From Candidatus Dojkabacteria bacterium (GTDB taxonomy: Bacteria > Patescibacteriota > Dojkabacteria > B142 > JAFGFJ01), in the NCBI GenBank assembly GCA_016931155.1, contig JAFGFJ010000006.1:13115-77114 (forward strand): a DNA stretch of 64,000 nt, read 5' to 3'. This document shows positions 1 through 9,619 of the stretch, piece after piece. The position numbers and the translations under genes are program-made. Each line of letters starts with the position of its first letter. Position 1 is the first letter of the stretch. The notes beneath the pieces were generated by a model that searched no databases, was not told the origin of the DNA, and saw only the letters and a program-made list of their open reading frames with translations.

Positions 1-537
1 CCCGACAAAAGAAATAATAGGAGCGTGTCCTGAGCTTCCTTGAAGACGCTTCATTTCATCAGAAGAGGAATTCTCTGCTGTAGAAACGCTATTCTCCATC
101 ATTGCAGTAGAAGCCGTATCAGAAGTATGTTGTGTCTGAGAATCCGTACTGCTCCTGGAACCCGCCGCTATATTCATATCTCTTAGTTTAATAATTGCAA
201 GATGCTCCAATATCCTCTCTTTGATCTCATTCAATCCATAATGATGCTTATCAAGCATCTGCTTTGCATTTTGAAGATCGAGATTATCAGTTGTATACTT
301 CTCCCATGGAATTTTTGTGATCCATTCTGCATATTTCTGTACAATCTCAAACTCCTGACTGTAACTCCCAAGCCTGGCTACACGCCTCACCCGATTTATC
401 ATCTGCTCTACCCTTTCCTTAAGTTCTTGTGGAAGTTTTACAGAAGAAACTAATTGTCCGAGTTTTTCTATTTCAGCTATACTATCGTGGTTCTCCGGAA
501 GACCTGTATTTGTTTGTAAGTTCTGCGGATTTGTCAT
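1..537 (-). CDS. lon: Lon-like AAA+ ATPase/protease, partial (runs off window edge), no LonN domain
   Basis: Not in ORF track; my translation from ATG at 537 gives ...KIPWEKYTTDNLDLQNAKQMLDKHHYGLNEIKERILEHLAI...APIISFVG, the LonA segment just before Walker A. Confidence 0.8.
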   Translation of the reverse strand, partial: MTNPQNLQTNTGLPENHDSIAEIEKLGQLVSSVKLPQELKERVEQMINRVRRVARLGSYSQEFEIVQKYAEWITKIPWEKYTTDNLDLQNAKQMLDKHHYGLNEIKERILEHLAIIKLRDMNIAAGSRSSTDSQTQHTSDTASTAMMENSVSTAENSSSDEMKRLQGSSGHAPIISFVG

Positions 538-723
538 TATCGATTAACAATACAGGATATAATACCCGAAACGTCTGGATAAAGAAATCAGAACTGCTCT
601 GAGATTCTAAGGACTTTGCCAGAAAAGTATTAGATCAGTAATATTGAGACTCTCCGCTCAGAGTCCACAAGCTTAAGATCGACCATACTAGTTGAACTGG
701 AATACTTCAGAAAGGGTAAATTT

Positions 724-1443
724 TTAGTCTTTCTTTTCCTGACCTTTTTCATCTTTTTTCTCTTCTCCAGTCTCACCCTCCTTTGATTCACCCTCCTTAC
801 CTTCAGCTCCTTCCTCCCCTTCAGATGCAGCATCATCTTCACCTTCAACCCCTTCTGCAGGTTTTTCTTCCTCCACTATTTCCTTCTGCGGAGGAGCAAT
901 GTATGCTATAGCGTTGTTTAGAGGAACACCGAAATCAAATTCCACCCCTTCTGGAAGACTGATATCTCTCACAAGAACCGAATCTCCAACCTCAGCAAGA
1001 TGCTCGACCTTTACTACAAATTCTGAGGGAAGAGTCATTGGAAGACTCCTTACAGCAACTTCTGTTACCGGTGTTACAAGGAACCCGATATTTATCTTTA
1101 CGGCTTGCGGAACACCATCGTAGCGAATCGGAACTTCAATATTTATCTTTCTATCCATATCAACCTGATAGAGACTTACATGCTGAAATCTATTTGTCAG
1201 AGAATCTAATTGGACTTCTTTGATCAATACCTTTCCCTCCTCTTTTTCGCCCTCATACTCAAAATTTACCATTTGGGAGTGTCCAGCCTCATTGAAAACC
1301 TTCTCAAACTCTTTGTAGTCAACAGTTACAGGCTCAGATTCTTTTTTGGGTCCATAAACTGTTGCGGGTATCGAACCTTCTTTTCGAAGATTTTTAACTT
1401 TTCTGCCAAGTATGTTTCGTTTTTTAGCCTTGATAGTCAACAT
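724..1443 (-). CDS. rplY: 50S ribosomal protein bL25/Ctc
   Basis: LRKEGSIPATVYG, HVSLYQV, acidic tail. Confidence 0.95.
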   Translation of the reverse strand: MLTIKAKKRNILGRKVKNLRKEGSIPATVYGPKKESEPVTVDYKEFEKVFNEAGHSQMVNFEYEGEKEEGKVLIKEVQLDSLTNRFQHVSLYQVDMDRKINIEVPIRYDGVPQAVKINIGFLVTPVTEVAVRSLPMTLPSEFVVKVEHLAEVGDSVLVRDISLPEGVEFDFGVPLNNAIAYIAPPQKEIVEEEKPAEGVEGEDDAASEGEEGAEGKEGESKEGETGEEKKDEKGQEKKD

Positions 1444-1446
1444 TTA

Positions 1447-1920
1447 TCAGTCTTCTTTTTTAATAATGATTCTTCGATCTTCTCCTTCTCCAATACTTTC
1501 AGTAGCAATTCCCTTTTCCTTTTGAAGGGTCATATGGACAATTCTTCTCTCATTTGGCTTCATCGGCTCAAGTTCAAGATCCTGACCAGACTCCCTAACT
1601 TGATCCACCGCCTGTAGTGCCATAGAAACCAGATATTCTTCTCTCTTCTCCCTATAATCATTTATATCTAAAATTACCCTGTACTGACCTTCACTTTCTC
1701 TCCCAATAATTAGTCCCAGAATAGTTTGAATTCCCTCGAGTATTTTACCATGATGCCCTATCAAATTTCCCAAATCTTCTCCAATGATTTTCACTGCAAG
1801 ATATTTTCTATCCTCGTCACCCTCCTGCATATGCACATCAATTTCCCCTCTAACTTCAAGTCTGTCCAGTATTTCCTTCGCCGTTTCTTTAGTTTTAGCA
1901 ATAGCCGACTTATCGTCCAT
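1447..1920 (-). CDS. jag: Jag/KhpB RNA-binding protein (KH + R3H)
   Basis: LIGHHGKILEGIQ KH motif; PMKPNERRIVH R3H motif; follows yidC. Confidence 0.9.
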   Translation of the reverse strand: MDDKSAIAKTKETAKEILDRLEVRGEIDVHMQEGDEDRKYLAVKIIGEDLGNLIGHHGKILEGIQTILGLIIGRESEGQYRVILDINDYREKREEYLVSMALQAVDQVRESGQDLELEPMKPNERRIVHMTLQKEKGIATESIGEGEDRRIIIKKED

Positions 1921-1930
1921 TTTGATTTAA

Positions 1931-2827
1931 TTAAACAGTTGGAGAAAATTTACTTCTTAGCCAATTTACAACCCTTATCCTCTCCCTTATTAGCTGTTGG
2001 ATTATAACAAAGAAGCTCTGGATAGTCCAATACAAACTCAAACCCGAGATGAACCTCAGAGAAAATATTACTGTCATAATGGGCAGAATATACATCATCT
2101 GGCTTGTCGAAGACTGCATCATTTTAGAAAAATCAGGTGTTTCTTCATCTTTTTTCTTTTTCCCGGATTTTTTCTCTTCTCTTTCTTTCTTCTTTCCCTC
2201 TTCTCCAACAATTGAAAGACCACTCATCACTCTCGATGAAAGGAACTGGGATGCACCAACCGCAAGAGCAAGAAGGATATATGGCCATGCGCTGGAAATA
2301 TTTGTGAGACCAATATCACTAGCAGTTTTGGAGAGATCAATTCCCAAAAAGACTGGGTTTATAACCGCATCTTCCGCAAACACAGAAATAAAAGGATATG
2401 CTACATCGTTAAACGCTGTGACGCCCTTTTCAAAAAGATTTCTAATTACGCTGTTTATCTGGAAAAGGAAAATAATCTGAAAAATGAGAGGAAGGCACCC
2501 ACCCAGTTGACCGGGAAGGTACTTGGATTGAATCTTTGCCAACTCCTGCATCTGCTTTTCTTTGTTTTTGGCATATTTCTTTTGAATTTTTTCATATTCT
2601 GTTCTGAACTCTTTGTTTTTCTCCGCATTTTTCAGCTGATTTGCAGTGAACGGAAGCATTATCAGCCTTGAGACAAGAGCAACAGCTATAATCCCAAGAC
2701 CAAGGTTTTCGCCAAAGAAGCGGTACGCAACTATTAGAAAGTTAAAAATTGGTTGGTAAAATAGAACGCTAATTATATTCAATGCAAAAAATGGAAAATT
2801 AAGTGGGCTCAGGGATTTTACCAGCAT
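1931..2827 (-). CDS. yidC: Membrane protein insertase YidC
   Basis: GGCLPLIFQ, GLSLYW motifs, TM helices. Confidence 0.92.
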   Translation of the reverse strand: MLVKSLSPLNFPFFALNIISVLFYQPIFNFLIVAYRFFGENLGLGIIAVALVSRLIMLPFTANQLKNAEKNKEFRTEYEKIQKKYAKNKEKQMQELAKIQSKYLPGQLGGCLPLIFQIIFLFQINSVIRNLFEKGVTAFNDVAYPFISVFAEDAVINPVFLGIDLSKTASDIGLTNISSAWPYILLALAVGASQFLSSRVMSGLSIVGEEGKKKEREEKKSGKKKKDEETPDFSKMMQSSTSQMMYILPIMTVIFSLRFISGLSLYWTIQSFFVIIQQLIRERIRVVNWLRSKFSPTV

Positions 2828-2875
2828 TAGGCACCAAAAACAAATTTCGCTACCTCCAAAACGTCATTTCAAAAG

Positions 2876-3181
2876 CTAGGTCTGTCTTCCTTCTTCGAGA
2901 AGTCTTGATTCAAGCTCGTCAGTATTTCGATAAATCATTGCAAGAGCTTTCTGAATTTCTTTCACATAGACCTCCAGATTGTCTGTGCTCTTTTTGACAA
3001 GATCAAGTTTGAAAGAAAGCTCATTCAACTTTGTTTCCATGCCCCTGATTTTTCCCTCCATAGTTTTTACCTGTGTTCCAATATCCCCACTGGAACTTAT
3101 TCTAAGCTCCTGAGTTATTATTGCTACTTTATCAGACAATCTTTTCAGCTCATCATACGTTTTATTTACTTTGTCTTCCAT
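2876..3181 (-). CDS. Coiled-coil hypothetical protein
   Basis: Heptad-rich ORF; start taken at MEDKVNK. Confidence 0.6.
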   Translation of the reverse strand: MEDKVNKTYDELKRLSDKVAIITQELRISSSGDIGTQVKTMEGKIRGMETKLNELSFKLDLVKKSTDNLEVYVKEIQKALAMIYRNTDELESRLLEEGRQT

Positions 3182-3668
3182 TTTCTTAATTCCTACGCAA
3201 AATAGCAAATTAGTACATAGAATACTAGCATACCTCACCCAAACATAATAATAGTAATTAGCACGAGTATGGATAATGTTACGTGAAACAATGACTTACT
3301 GCCGTTTATAGAACACAGTTTCATACTCTTATTGATAAGTACCCAATACACATATACTTTACTATACTTACCTATGCAGATACGACGAAAGAAAGAATAC
3401 TCTACCTTTGCCATCTCTTTTTCCACCCACCAGACTTTCAGAAAAACACTGGTTTAAAGTCCAGGCAGAATAGATCCATCTTCAAATAACAGATGGAGAA
3501 AATGTCAATAAATCAGGCAAAAAAACATTTTCTTACAAAATCGGAAAGTAACACTTCACTGAGACCCTTCGGGCAGATCCGTGGGTTTGTAATCGGTTAC
3601 ACTCTAAGGGAATATGCTATTAAAAACTATGCTATTATGGTGGAAATAATAATTTTTATGTTATAACC

Positions 3669-3977
3669 ATGACTTTCAAAGATATAGTCAGAAAATCAAT
3701 CCTTTTCGGTCTTGGAGCTTACCAAATAACCAAAGAAGAAGTGGAAGATTTCGTAAAGGATTTACAAAAAGATGAAACCATAACCCCTCAAGAGGGGAAG
3801 AAAATGATTCAGGAAATCGTAAAGGCTGCAGAAAAAAAGATGAAAAGGCCAAACGAAGAACTCAAAAAGAGTATGGAAAGAATCGTCAAGTCTGTGATAA
3901 ATGAATTAGGAGTAGCAACGAAAAAGGATATCGCAGCACTCAAAACAGAGATGAAGAAGCCCAGAAAGGTGAGATAA
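3669..3977 (+). CDS. Phasin-like protein
   Basis: LFGLGAYQITKE...LGVATKKDIAALK pattern. Confidence 0.7.
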   Translation: MTFKDIVRKSILFGLGAYQITKEEVEDFVKDLQKDETITPQEGKKMIQEIVKAAEKKMKRPNEELKKSMERIVKSVINELGVATKKDIAALKTEMKKPRKVR

Positions 3978-3980
3978 AGG

Positions 3981-4008
3981 TTGCTATTTGCGAAAAAAAT
4001 GTTATAAT
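3981..4008 (+). promoter_or_regulatory. sigma70 promoter of RRM gene
   Basis: TTGCTA-16nt-TATAAT with extended -10 TG. Confidence 0.6.
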
Positions 4009-4161
4009 CTCCCCGTGCTAGATCAGAGTGTCCAATTTAGTCTTAGTAATTGATAAGAGACGCAAAAATTTTCGGGTACTTTGGTCGGATAAGTTATGTT
4101 ATTCCTCTAGTGTAAATCCTCTAGTGTAGCAAATCCATATTTTAGTTAGTTTTAAGTTAAA

Positions 4162-4422
4162 ATGAATAATAAGTTATTTGTTGGTGGAATTGCATGGGCA
4201 ACCACAGAAGAAGGCCTTAAGGAGCTTTTCGGCCAGGTCGGTAATGTAGTTGAAGTTAAAATTATAGTTGACAGAATGACCGGTAAATCGAGAGGTTTCG
4301 GTTTTGTCACTATGGAAACCGAAGAGGAAGCTGAAAAAGCTATTAAAGAGTTTAATGGCAAGGATCTTGACGGTAGAGCTCTCGTTGTAAACGCAGCAAA
4401 GCCACAGGAGAATAGACAATAA
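4162..4422 (+). CDS. RRM-domain RNA-binding protein
   Basis: RNP2 LFVGGI and RNP1 RGFGFVTM. Confidence 0.95.
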   Translation: MNNKLFVGGIAWATTEEGLKELFGQVGNVVEVKIIVDRMTGKSRGFGFVTMETEEEAEKAIKEFNGKDLDGRALVVNAAKPQENRQ

Positions 4423-4433
4423 AGTCTCTTTAG

Positions 4434-4462
4434 AAAAAGGGGCTCCTCGGAGTCCCTTTTTT
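4434..4462. terminator. Bidirectional intrinsic terminator
   Basis: AAAAAGGGGCTCC-TC-GGAGTCCCTTTTTT between convergent genes. Confidence 0.8.
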
Positions 4463-4626
4463 GTCGGGAAAATTACGAAGTTATTGTTGATGTCTTTTGA
4501 AATGTCCTCCGGGATTGATTATGGCTCATTCTTACTCCAGTTAAGATCAAAAAACTGCTTGAACTGACCGGATTGTTATTTTTGGACTGTTTATTTGGAA
4601 CTCATTTATCCTTTCCTTCTTTCCTT

Positions 4627-5415
4627 TCACTTCTCTCCCAAACTCTCCCTTTTTTCTCTTTCCTTCTGTTTCTTCTCTTTTTTTCCTTCTCCTCCAAGCT
4701 GACCGTACATTTTTTCAAATCTTCTTGTTTTGCGGGCAAGAAAACTTACTCCAAGAGCCGTAACAGCCGCTATTCCCGCAAGGCCAAGGAGATGTACTGC
4801 AAACTTACTCACTGGCAATGATATCCTTCTATCCGAAACCCTTATCTTAACAGGCAGAATTTTATATCTTCCCCCAATTCTAATCACTCTTTTAACAAAA
4901 TCCGCATCTTCTCCAACACTTATTGACTCAGAAAATCCACCTGCCATTTCAAAAACTCTTTTCCAGACGATCATACAGGCACCACACTCTGCAAGAACAT
5001 TTTTAGTGTAATAACCAAATTTTTTGAGCAAGTGCCAGCCCTTGAAATATAGAAAATTACGTAACTTCTTCCTCTCTGCCTCTATCTTACAGGTTGCAAT
5101 ATGGTATTTGCCTCTAACAAACATTGGGATTGCCCTTTCAAAAAAGTCGTTCGGGAGAACAACATCCGCATCGAGAAAAACAAGAATATCTGTTTTCGCA
5201 TGCCTTGCACCGAGGTTTCTTCCCCTGCCAATTCGTCCATCATCAACACCCCTTACAACTTTTGCCCCAAGTCTTTTTGCTACAACACCTGTACCATCCG
5301 TAGACTTATCGGCAACAATGATCTGATTCGGTTCAGTTGTTTGAGCTTTTAGGTTTAAAAGAAGCCTTTTGATATTCTGCTGCTCATTTTTTGTTGGAAT
5401 TACAACTGAAAACAT
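4627..5415 (-). CDS. GT2 glycosyltransferase (paralog B)
   Basis: SVVIPTKNE, RNLGA, FLDAD, GED. Confidence 0.9.
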   Translation of the reverse strand: MFSVVIPTKNEQQNIKRLLLNLKAQTTEPNQIIVADKSTDGTGVVAKRLGAKVVRGVDDGRIGRGRNLGARHAKTDILVFLDADVVLPNDFFERAIPMFVRGKYHIATCKIEAERKKLRNFLYFKGWHLLKKFGYYTKNVLAECGACMIVWKRVFEMAGGFSESISVGEDADFVKRVIRIGGRYKILPVKIRVSDRRISLPVSKFAVHLLGLAGIAAVTALGVSFLARKTRRFEKMYGQLGGEGKKEKKQKEREKRESLGEK

Positions 5416-5423
5416 GAGATAAA

Positions 5424-6158
5424 TTATTTTCCTCCTCCAGTCTCACCATACATTTTTTCAAACTTGTGCATGTTTTTTCTGAGCATATTTATTCCCACAA
5501 CGCTTACCGCAAACATACCAGCTAAACCGATAAGCTGTACAGCCAGTTTTCTCATGGGTCTTCTAAACCTCCTGTCCGAAGTAATCACAGTCAAGGGAAG
5601 AACTTTGAACCTGCCACCTGCTTTCACTGCCCTCCTTATAAAATCGGAATCCTCCCCGACACTTATCTTCTCGGAAAATCCGCATATTTTTGTGAACAGA
5701 TCTTTTTTGACCAAAAGACATATCCCGGACTCCGCCAGCACCTTTTTTGTAACTGAACCAAATCTTTTTAACGCATTCCAACTATTGAAATATAGATAGT
5801 TTACAATTCTTTTTCTGTCGGCTCTCAAGTAACAGGTAGCAATGTCCAGCTTTTTTTGATGGAAAATTCTAAGGGCATCGGCAAAAAAACCTTCCGGGAT
5901 GAAAACATCTGCATCTATGAAAAAAAATAGGTCTGTTTTCGCATATCTTGCACCATTGTTCCTGCCCTTTCCAATAAAACCATCATCCGCTCCCTCAACA
6001 ACTTTAGCTCCATACTCTTTTGCAATTTCAGCTGTCCTGTCTGTGGATTTATCAGCAACTATTATCTCATCAGGCTGAACACCTTGAGATATTATACTTT
6101 TGAGGAGCCTCTCAATAAGCTCCTCTTCGTTTTTTGTCGGGACAATTACGGAAAACAT
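5424..6158 (-). CDS. GT2 glycosyltransferase (paralog A)
   Basis: SVIVPTKNE, RNNGA, FIDAD, GED; colinear with neighbour. Confidence 0.9.
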   Translation of the reverse strand: MFSVIVPTKNEEELIERLLKSIISQGVQPDEIIVADKSTDRTAEIAKEYGAKVVEGADDGFIGKGRNNGARYAKTDLFFFIDADVFIPEGFFADALRIFHQKKLDIATCYLRADRKRIVNYLYFNSWNALKRFGSVTKKVLAESGICLLVKKDLFTKICGFSEKISVGEDSDFIRRAVKAGGRFKVLPLTVITSDRRFRRPMRKLAVQLIGLAGMFAVSVVGINMLRKNMHKFEKMYGETGGGK

Positions 6159-6483
6159 TAGCTCCCATTATTACACATTTCGATAGGGATGTTTACACAC
6201 CGATATCTATCACATCAAATGCGACAAACCGCAACCTCGTCAGGTTATCTAATCCTGACAGTAATAATTGACAAAATAGAACGAAAGATAAAAGAAGAAA
6301 AAAAGAAAGGAAAAGGTAAAGACTGCTGAAGTAGAATTACCTCCGTAGTACAATTGAGCTCTTCAAAAGCAGTTTTAGGGAGGCTGCCAAAGAGGAGCTC
6401 AATATTTTTAGCTGACATCTATTATATGGCTTTTTTTGCGGAAGGGTTATAGTATATTGTAATTACTTTTTATCTCACTTCTC

Positions 6484-6870
6484 ATGACAGGTTTTTCCGT
6501 AGACATTGAGCAGAAAACAAAGGATAATAATTTCTTCCGCCAAGTCCTGTATACAGCACAAAATATGCAGCTTGTCATTATGTCCCTGCTCCCAAATGAA
6601 GAGATTGGTATGGAAGTACACGACGACACAGATCAGTTTTTTAGAGTTGAATCAGGTACAGGAAAGATAGTAATAGATGGGGAAGAAATCGAACTCAAGG
6701 ACGGAGACGTAGCAATTGTTCCTGTTGGAGCTGAGCATAATTTGATAAATACATCTTCCTCAGAATCATTAAAGCTTTATACAATATATACCCCTCCACA
6801 TCACCCCGAGAAAACAGCCCACAAAACAAAGGCTGAAGCAATGCTTGCAGAAGAAGACGAAAAAAAATAA
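6484..6870 (+). CDS. Cupin domain protein
   Basis: EIGMEVH..DQFFRVESG, VPVGAEHN. Confidence 0.9.
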   Translation: MTGFSVDIEQKTKDNNFFRQVLYTAQNMQLVIMSLLPNEEIGMEVHDDTDQFFRVESGTGKIVIDGEEIELKDGDVAIVPVGAEHNLINTSSSESLKLYTIYTPPHHPEKTAHKTKAEAMLAEEDEKK

Positions 6871-7068
6871 TAACCAATCAAAAAGGTTTTTGGTAGAGTC
6901 AGAGATTAACCGGAAGGGTCTTATCTTTAGTCTTCTCTGTGCAACAGCAAAACCTTGTTCCATAGAAGCATACGCTGTAAGTACTAAAGATGAATTACAG
7001 CAGAGATCATACTTTTCCGGTTAAAAACTTACATATGAAATGGGCAGTTTAAAAATACACCCAAAGTA

Positions 7069-7503
7069 TTAATAATCTGCAGGATACCACGAAATATCTT
7101 CCTCTGTAGTGACTAAACCAGATTTATTGCGAACTTCAGGGTCAATCCTAATATTTTCTACAAACTTAAAGGCTGAGCTACCTGGTTTTACTGCAAATAC
7201 TACGCGTGTTAGCAGTTCTGATTTTGCAATATCTCCCAATATATTAAAGAAAATTTCATTTTCTTCTGGCGTCCCATTTATTTCAAGTTCAAGTAAATTA
7301 AAAACAATTTGGGCTTTTTTACCTTTACTTTCAAAATCACGCAAAAGTACTACTAAGTTTACTCCTACTGGATCATCCCAGCTATTTGTTTCCCTGAATC
7401 CCACCAGAATGTTCCCGTTTTCTTGCTTCATATAATTACGCGAATCAGGGTTTCTATACCCCAGATAGTCTTCATTTGATTTTAAGCCACCCATAATAAA
7501 CAT
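7069..7503 (-). CDS. Hypothetical protein
   Basis: 144-aa ORF with protein-like composition. Confidence 0.55.
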   Translation of the reverse strand: MFIMGGLKSNEDYLGYRNPDSRNYMKQENGNILVGFRETNSWDDPVGVNLVVLLRDFESKGKKAQIVFNLLELEINGTPEENEIFFNILGDIAKSELLTRVVFAVKPGSSAFKFVENIRIDPEVRNKSGLVTTEEDISWYPADY

Positions 7504-7718
7504 TAATTAAAAAGTAAAATAGTGGGGCGTATAGTTAGTCACTATATCAATTGTTGAAAAAAATAAAAAGGAATTTGATTCAAAAACTTGAAAGCAAAAA
7601 TTGATTGTACAAAATTTTAAGAGAGAAAATCCCGAAGAGATTTCTGAAATATTTGCAAAGTTTCTCTTTTTGTATAAATATTAGTTACATATTCTAATAG
7701 TACTATTACAAGAGACAG

Positions 7719-8207
7719 ATGGGTATTTTGACTCACGAGAGAATTACTTCCTGCAATTTATCTATCAAGGATCTGTTAGCTTTGGTTTTTCCTGCATGCT
7801 CGAGTTCTGAAGTCAAGATTCAAAGACTGGACGAGAAAAGCATTATAGTCGCAGAGTATTTGAATGGTCAGGAGAGAGATATTAAAGCAAACATAAAACT
7901 GGCTGTTTTCTCTGAAATATCGGATTTCGACCCTGAAATCTTTAGTAGGATCATACTATTAGGCAGTCTCGAGACTTCACCAGACTTTTTGATCGGCTAC
8001 CTCAGTCTGGAGGATCAAACGACACGAGTTTTTATCTCTCAAACTGCAGCAGAGCTCACCCCCGAAGGAGAGGTGCTCTCGCTAACCCACAAACTCAGTA
8101 GTTGTCAAAAACTCAGATACGTTTCGTCGAATGAGGGACACAGCCACTTAAGGGAAAGATCTGAGAAACTTGCAAGTAAATTATTACACAAACTGAGTCC
8201 GGCCTGA
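7719..8207 (+). CDS. Hypothetical protein
   Basis: 162-aa ATG ORF. Confidence 0.55.
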   Translation: MGILTHERITSCNLSIKDLLALVFPACSSSEVKIQRLDEKSIIVAEYLNGQERDIKANIKLAVFSEISDFDPEIFSRIILLGSLETSPDFLIGYLSLEDQTTRVFISQTAAELTPEGEVLSLTHKLSSCQKLRYVSSNEGHSHLRERSEKLASKLLHKLSPA

Positions 8208-8584
8208 ATAGCCTTTTCTTCAATCTGATTATCGGATAATTTATTAATACGCAAATACATATCTTCAGATAAATTAACTAAGTTTTAAACCAAAAATCCA
8301 GGCTTCTGTCCTGAACCATCTCAATATTTTAGTTCCTTTTTATCGAAGAAAAATCCAGTCTCAGCCTCATTGCCAAAGTATAACTAGATATACTAATTAA
8401 GTGTCTTGTTCTGTATATTCAAAATTATGAGAGGAAATGGTGGAGCAAGCTGGAAGAAGTTATGAACTACTTCAAAACACAGTCATTCTCCTTGCCTATT
8501 ATGGCATATAAGAATCTCTGACTGTCCGTTGAACACTCAAGAATGGAAACACAAATGCGTGAATACTTGGTATAATGTATACAG

Positions 8585-8851
8585 ATGAATAACCAACAAA
8601 AACTACAAAACATTATTAAAGAAAAACCCTATTTAGCCTGGGACACAAGACAATTCGACAAATTATCAACAGAAAGCATTGTAGAGAAAATCTTAAATTA
8701 CGGTCACTGGGAGGAGTATATGAAAGTGGAAGAAATAATAGGACTAAAAGAGGTCAGCCGCATATTTGATAAAATGAAAAATAGAAAAAGAGTAAATTTA
8801 AGGCCGCAAGTCGTAAACTATTTCAGTAAATACTTCAAAAAATATGCATGA
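8585..8851 (+). CDS. Small partner protein of AbiEii-like nucleotidyltransferase (DUF6922-like)
   Basis: LAWD...IVEKILNYG motif; overlaps next gene. Confidence 0.7.
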   Translation: MNNQQKLQNIIKEKPYLAWDTRQFDKLSTESIVEKILNYGHWEEYMKVEEIIGLKEVSRIFDKMKNRKRVNLRPQVVNYFSKYFKKYA

Positions 8852-9455
8852 GGAAATTCTCTCGGATGAACAAATAAAGATATTACCTACCCTGAAAGGT
8901 TTTTCCGGAAAGTTTGGACTTGTAGGTGGCACTGCTATAGCACTTTACCTGGGACACAGAAGATCTATAGATTTTGATCTTTTCTCTCAGGAAGAATTTA
9001 ATAACGATAATATTAAAAATACACTCAGAGAAGGATTTAATAATTTAAGTGTACTGGTAGATTATAAGGGGGAACTTACACTGGTAATAAATGGAGTTAA
9101 GGTGACATTTTACAAATTCCCTTTCAAAATAGCTTTCACAAAAGATATAAGTGGAATAATTAAGACACCTGACCTATTGACACTTGCTGCAATGAAATCA
9201 CTTGCTTTAGGGGGAAGAGGCAAATGGAAGGACTATATTGATCTCTACTTTATTTTCCAAAAATATTCTCTGTCTGAAGTAATTGAAAAGGCAAAAGACT
9301 TATTTTCAGAACAATTCAATTCTAAATTGATCAGAGAACAGCTTGCTTATTTCAAAGATATCGATTATTCGGAAAAGATTGACTACTTGCCAGGATTTCA
9401 AGTGGATGATCAATTAGTTAAAGATAAACTTACAGAAATAAGTCTGGAGAAATAA
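8844..9455 (+). CDS. AbiEii/AbiGii-family nucleotidyltransferase toxin-like protein
   Basis: LVGGTAIALYLGHRRSIDFD and RGKWKDYIDLY. Confidence 0.88.
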   Translation: MHEEILSDEQIKILPTLKGFSGKFGLVGGTAIALYLGHRRSIDFDLFSQEEFNNDNIKNTLREGFNNLSVLVDYKGELTLVINGVKVTFYKFPFKIAFTKDISGIIKTPDLLTLAAMKSLALGGRGKWKDYIDLYFIFQKYSLSEVIEKAKDLFSEQFNSKLIREQLAYFKDIDYSEKIDYLPGFQVDDQLVKDKLTEISLEK

Positions 9456-9619
9456 GTTTTCTAAACTCTAAGAAATCGTTACAACTGCCTGTTTTTCCGG
9501 ATCCACTAATAATATAGATCATAAGTTTGTTATATTTTCTTTATCAAGGAATTTCAATAAAAATGGTCCTAGCAAAATGGATATTAGATGACTTTAAGAA
9601 ATTAATATCTTGTTTTTTC

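Noticed and set aside
3547-3600. c-di-GMP-I or TPP riboswitch
   Set aside because: Only fragmentary motif similarity; required stems are missing
4457-4479. 22-nt similarity to the start of the GT2 gene (near 6131-6152)
   Set aside because: Short, partly terminator T-run, no further homology
7517-7527. Fourth tmRNA att-like copy AAATAGTGGGG
   Set aside because: Two mismatches in 11 bp; chance level
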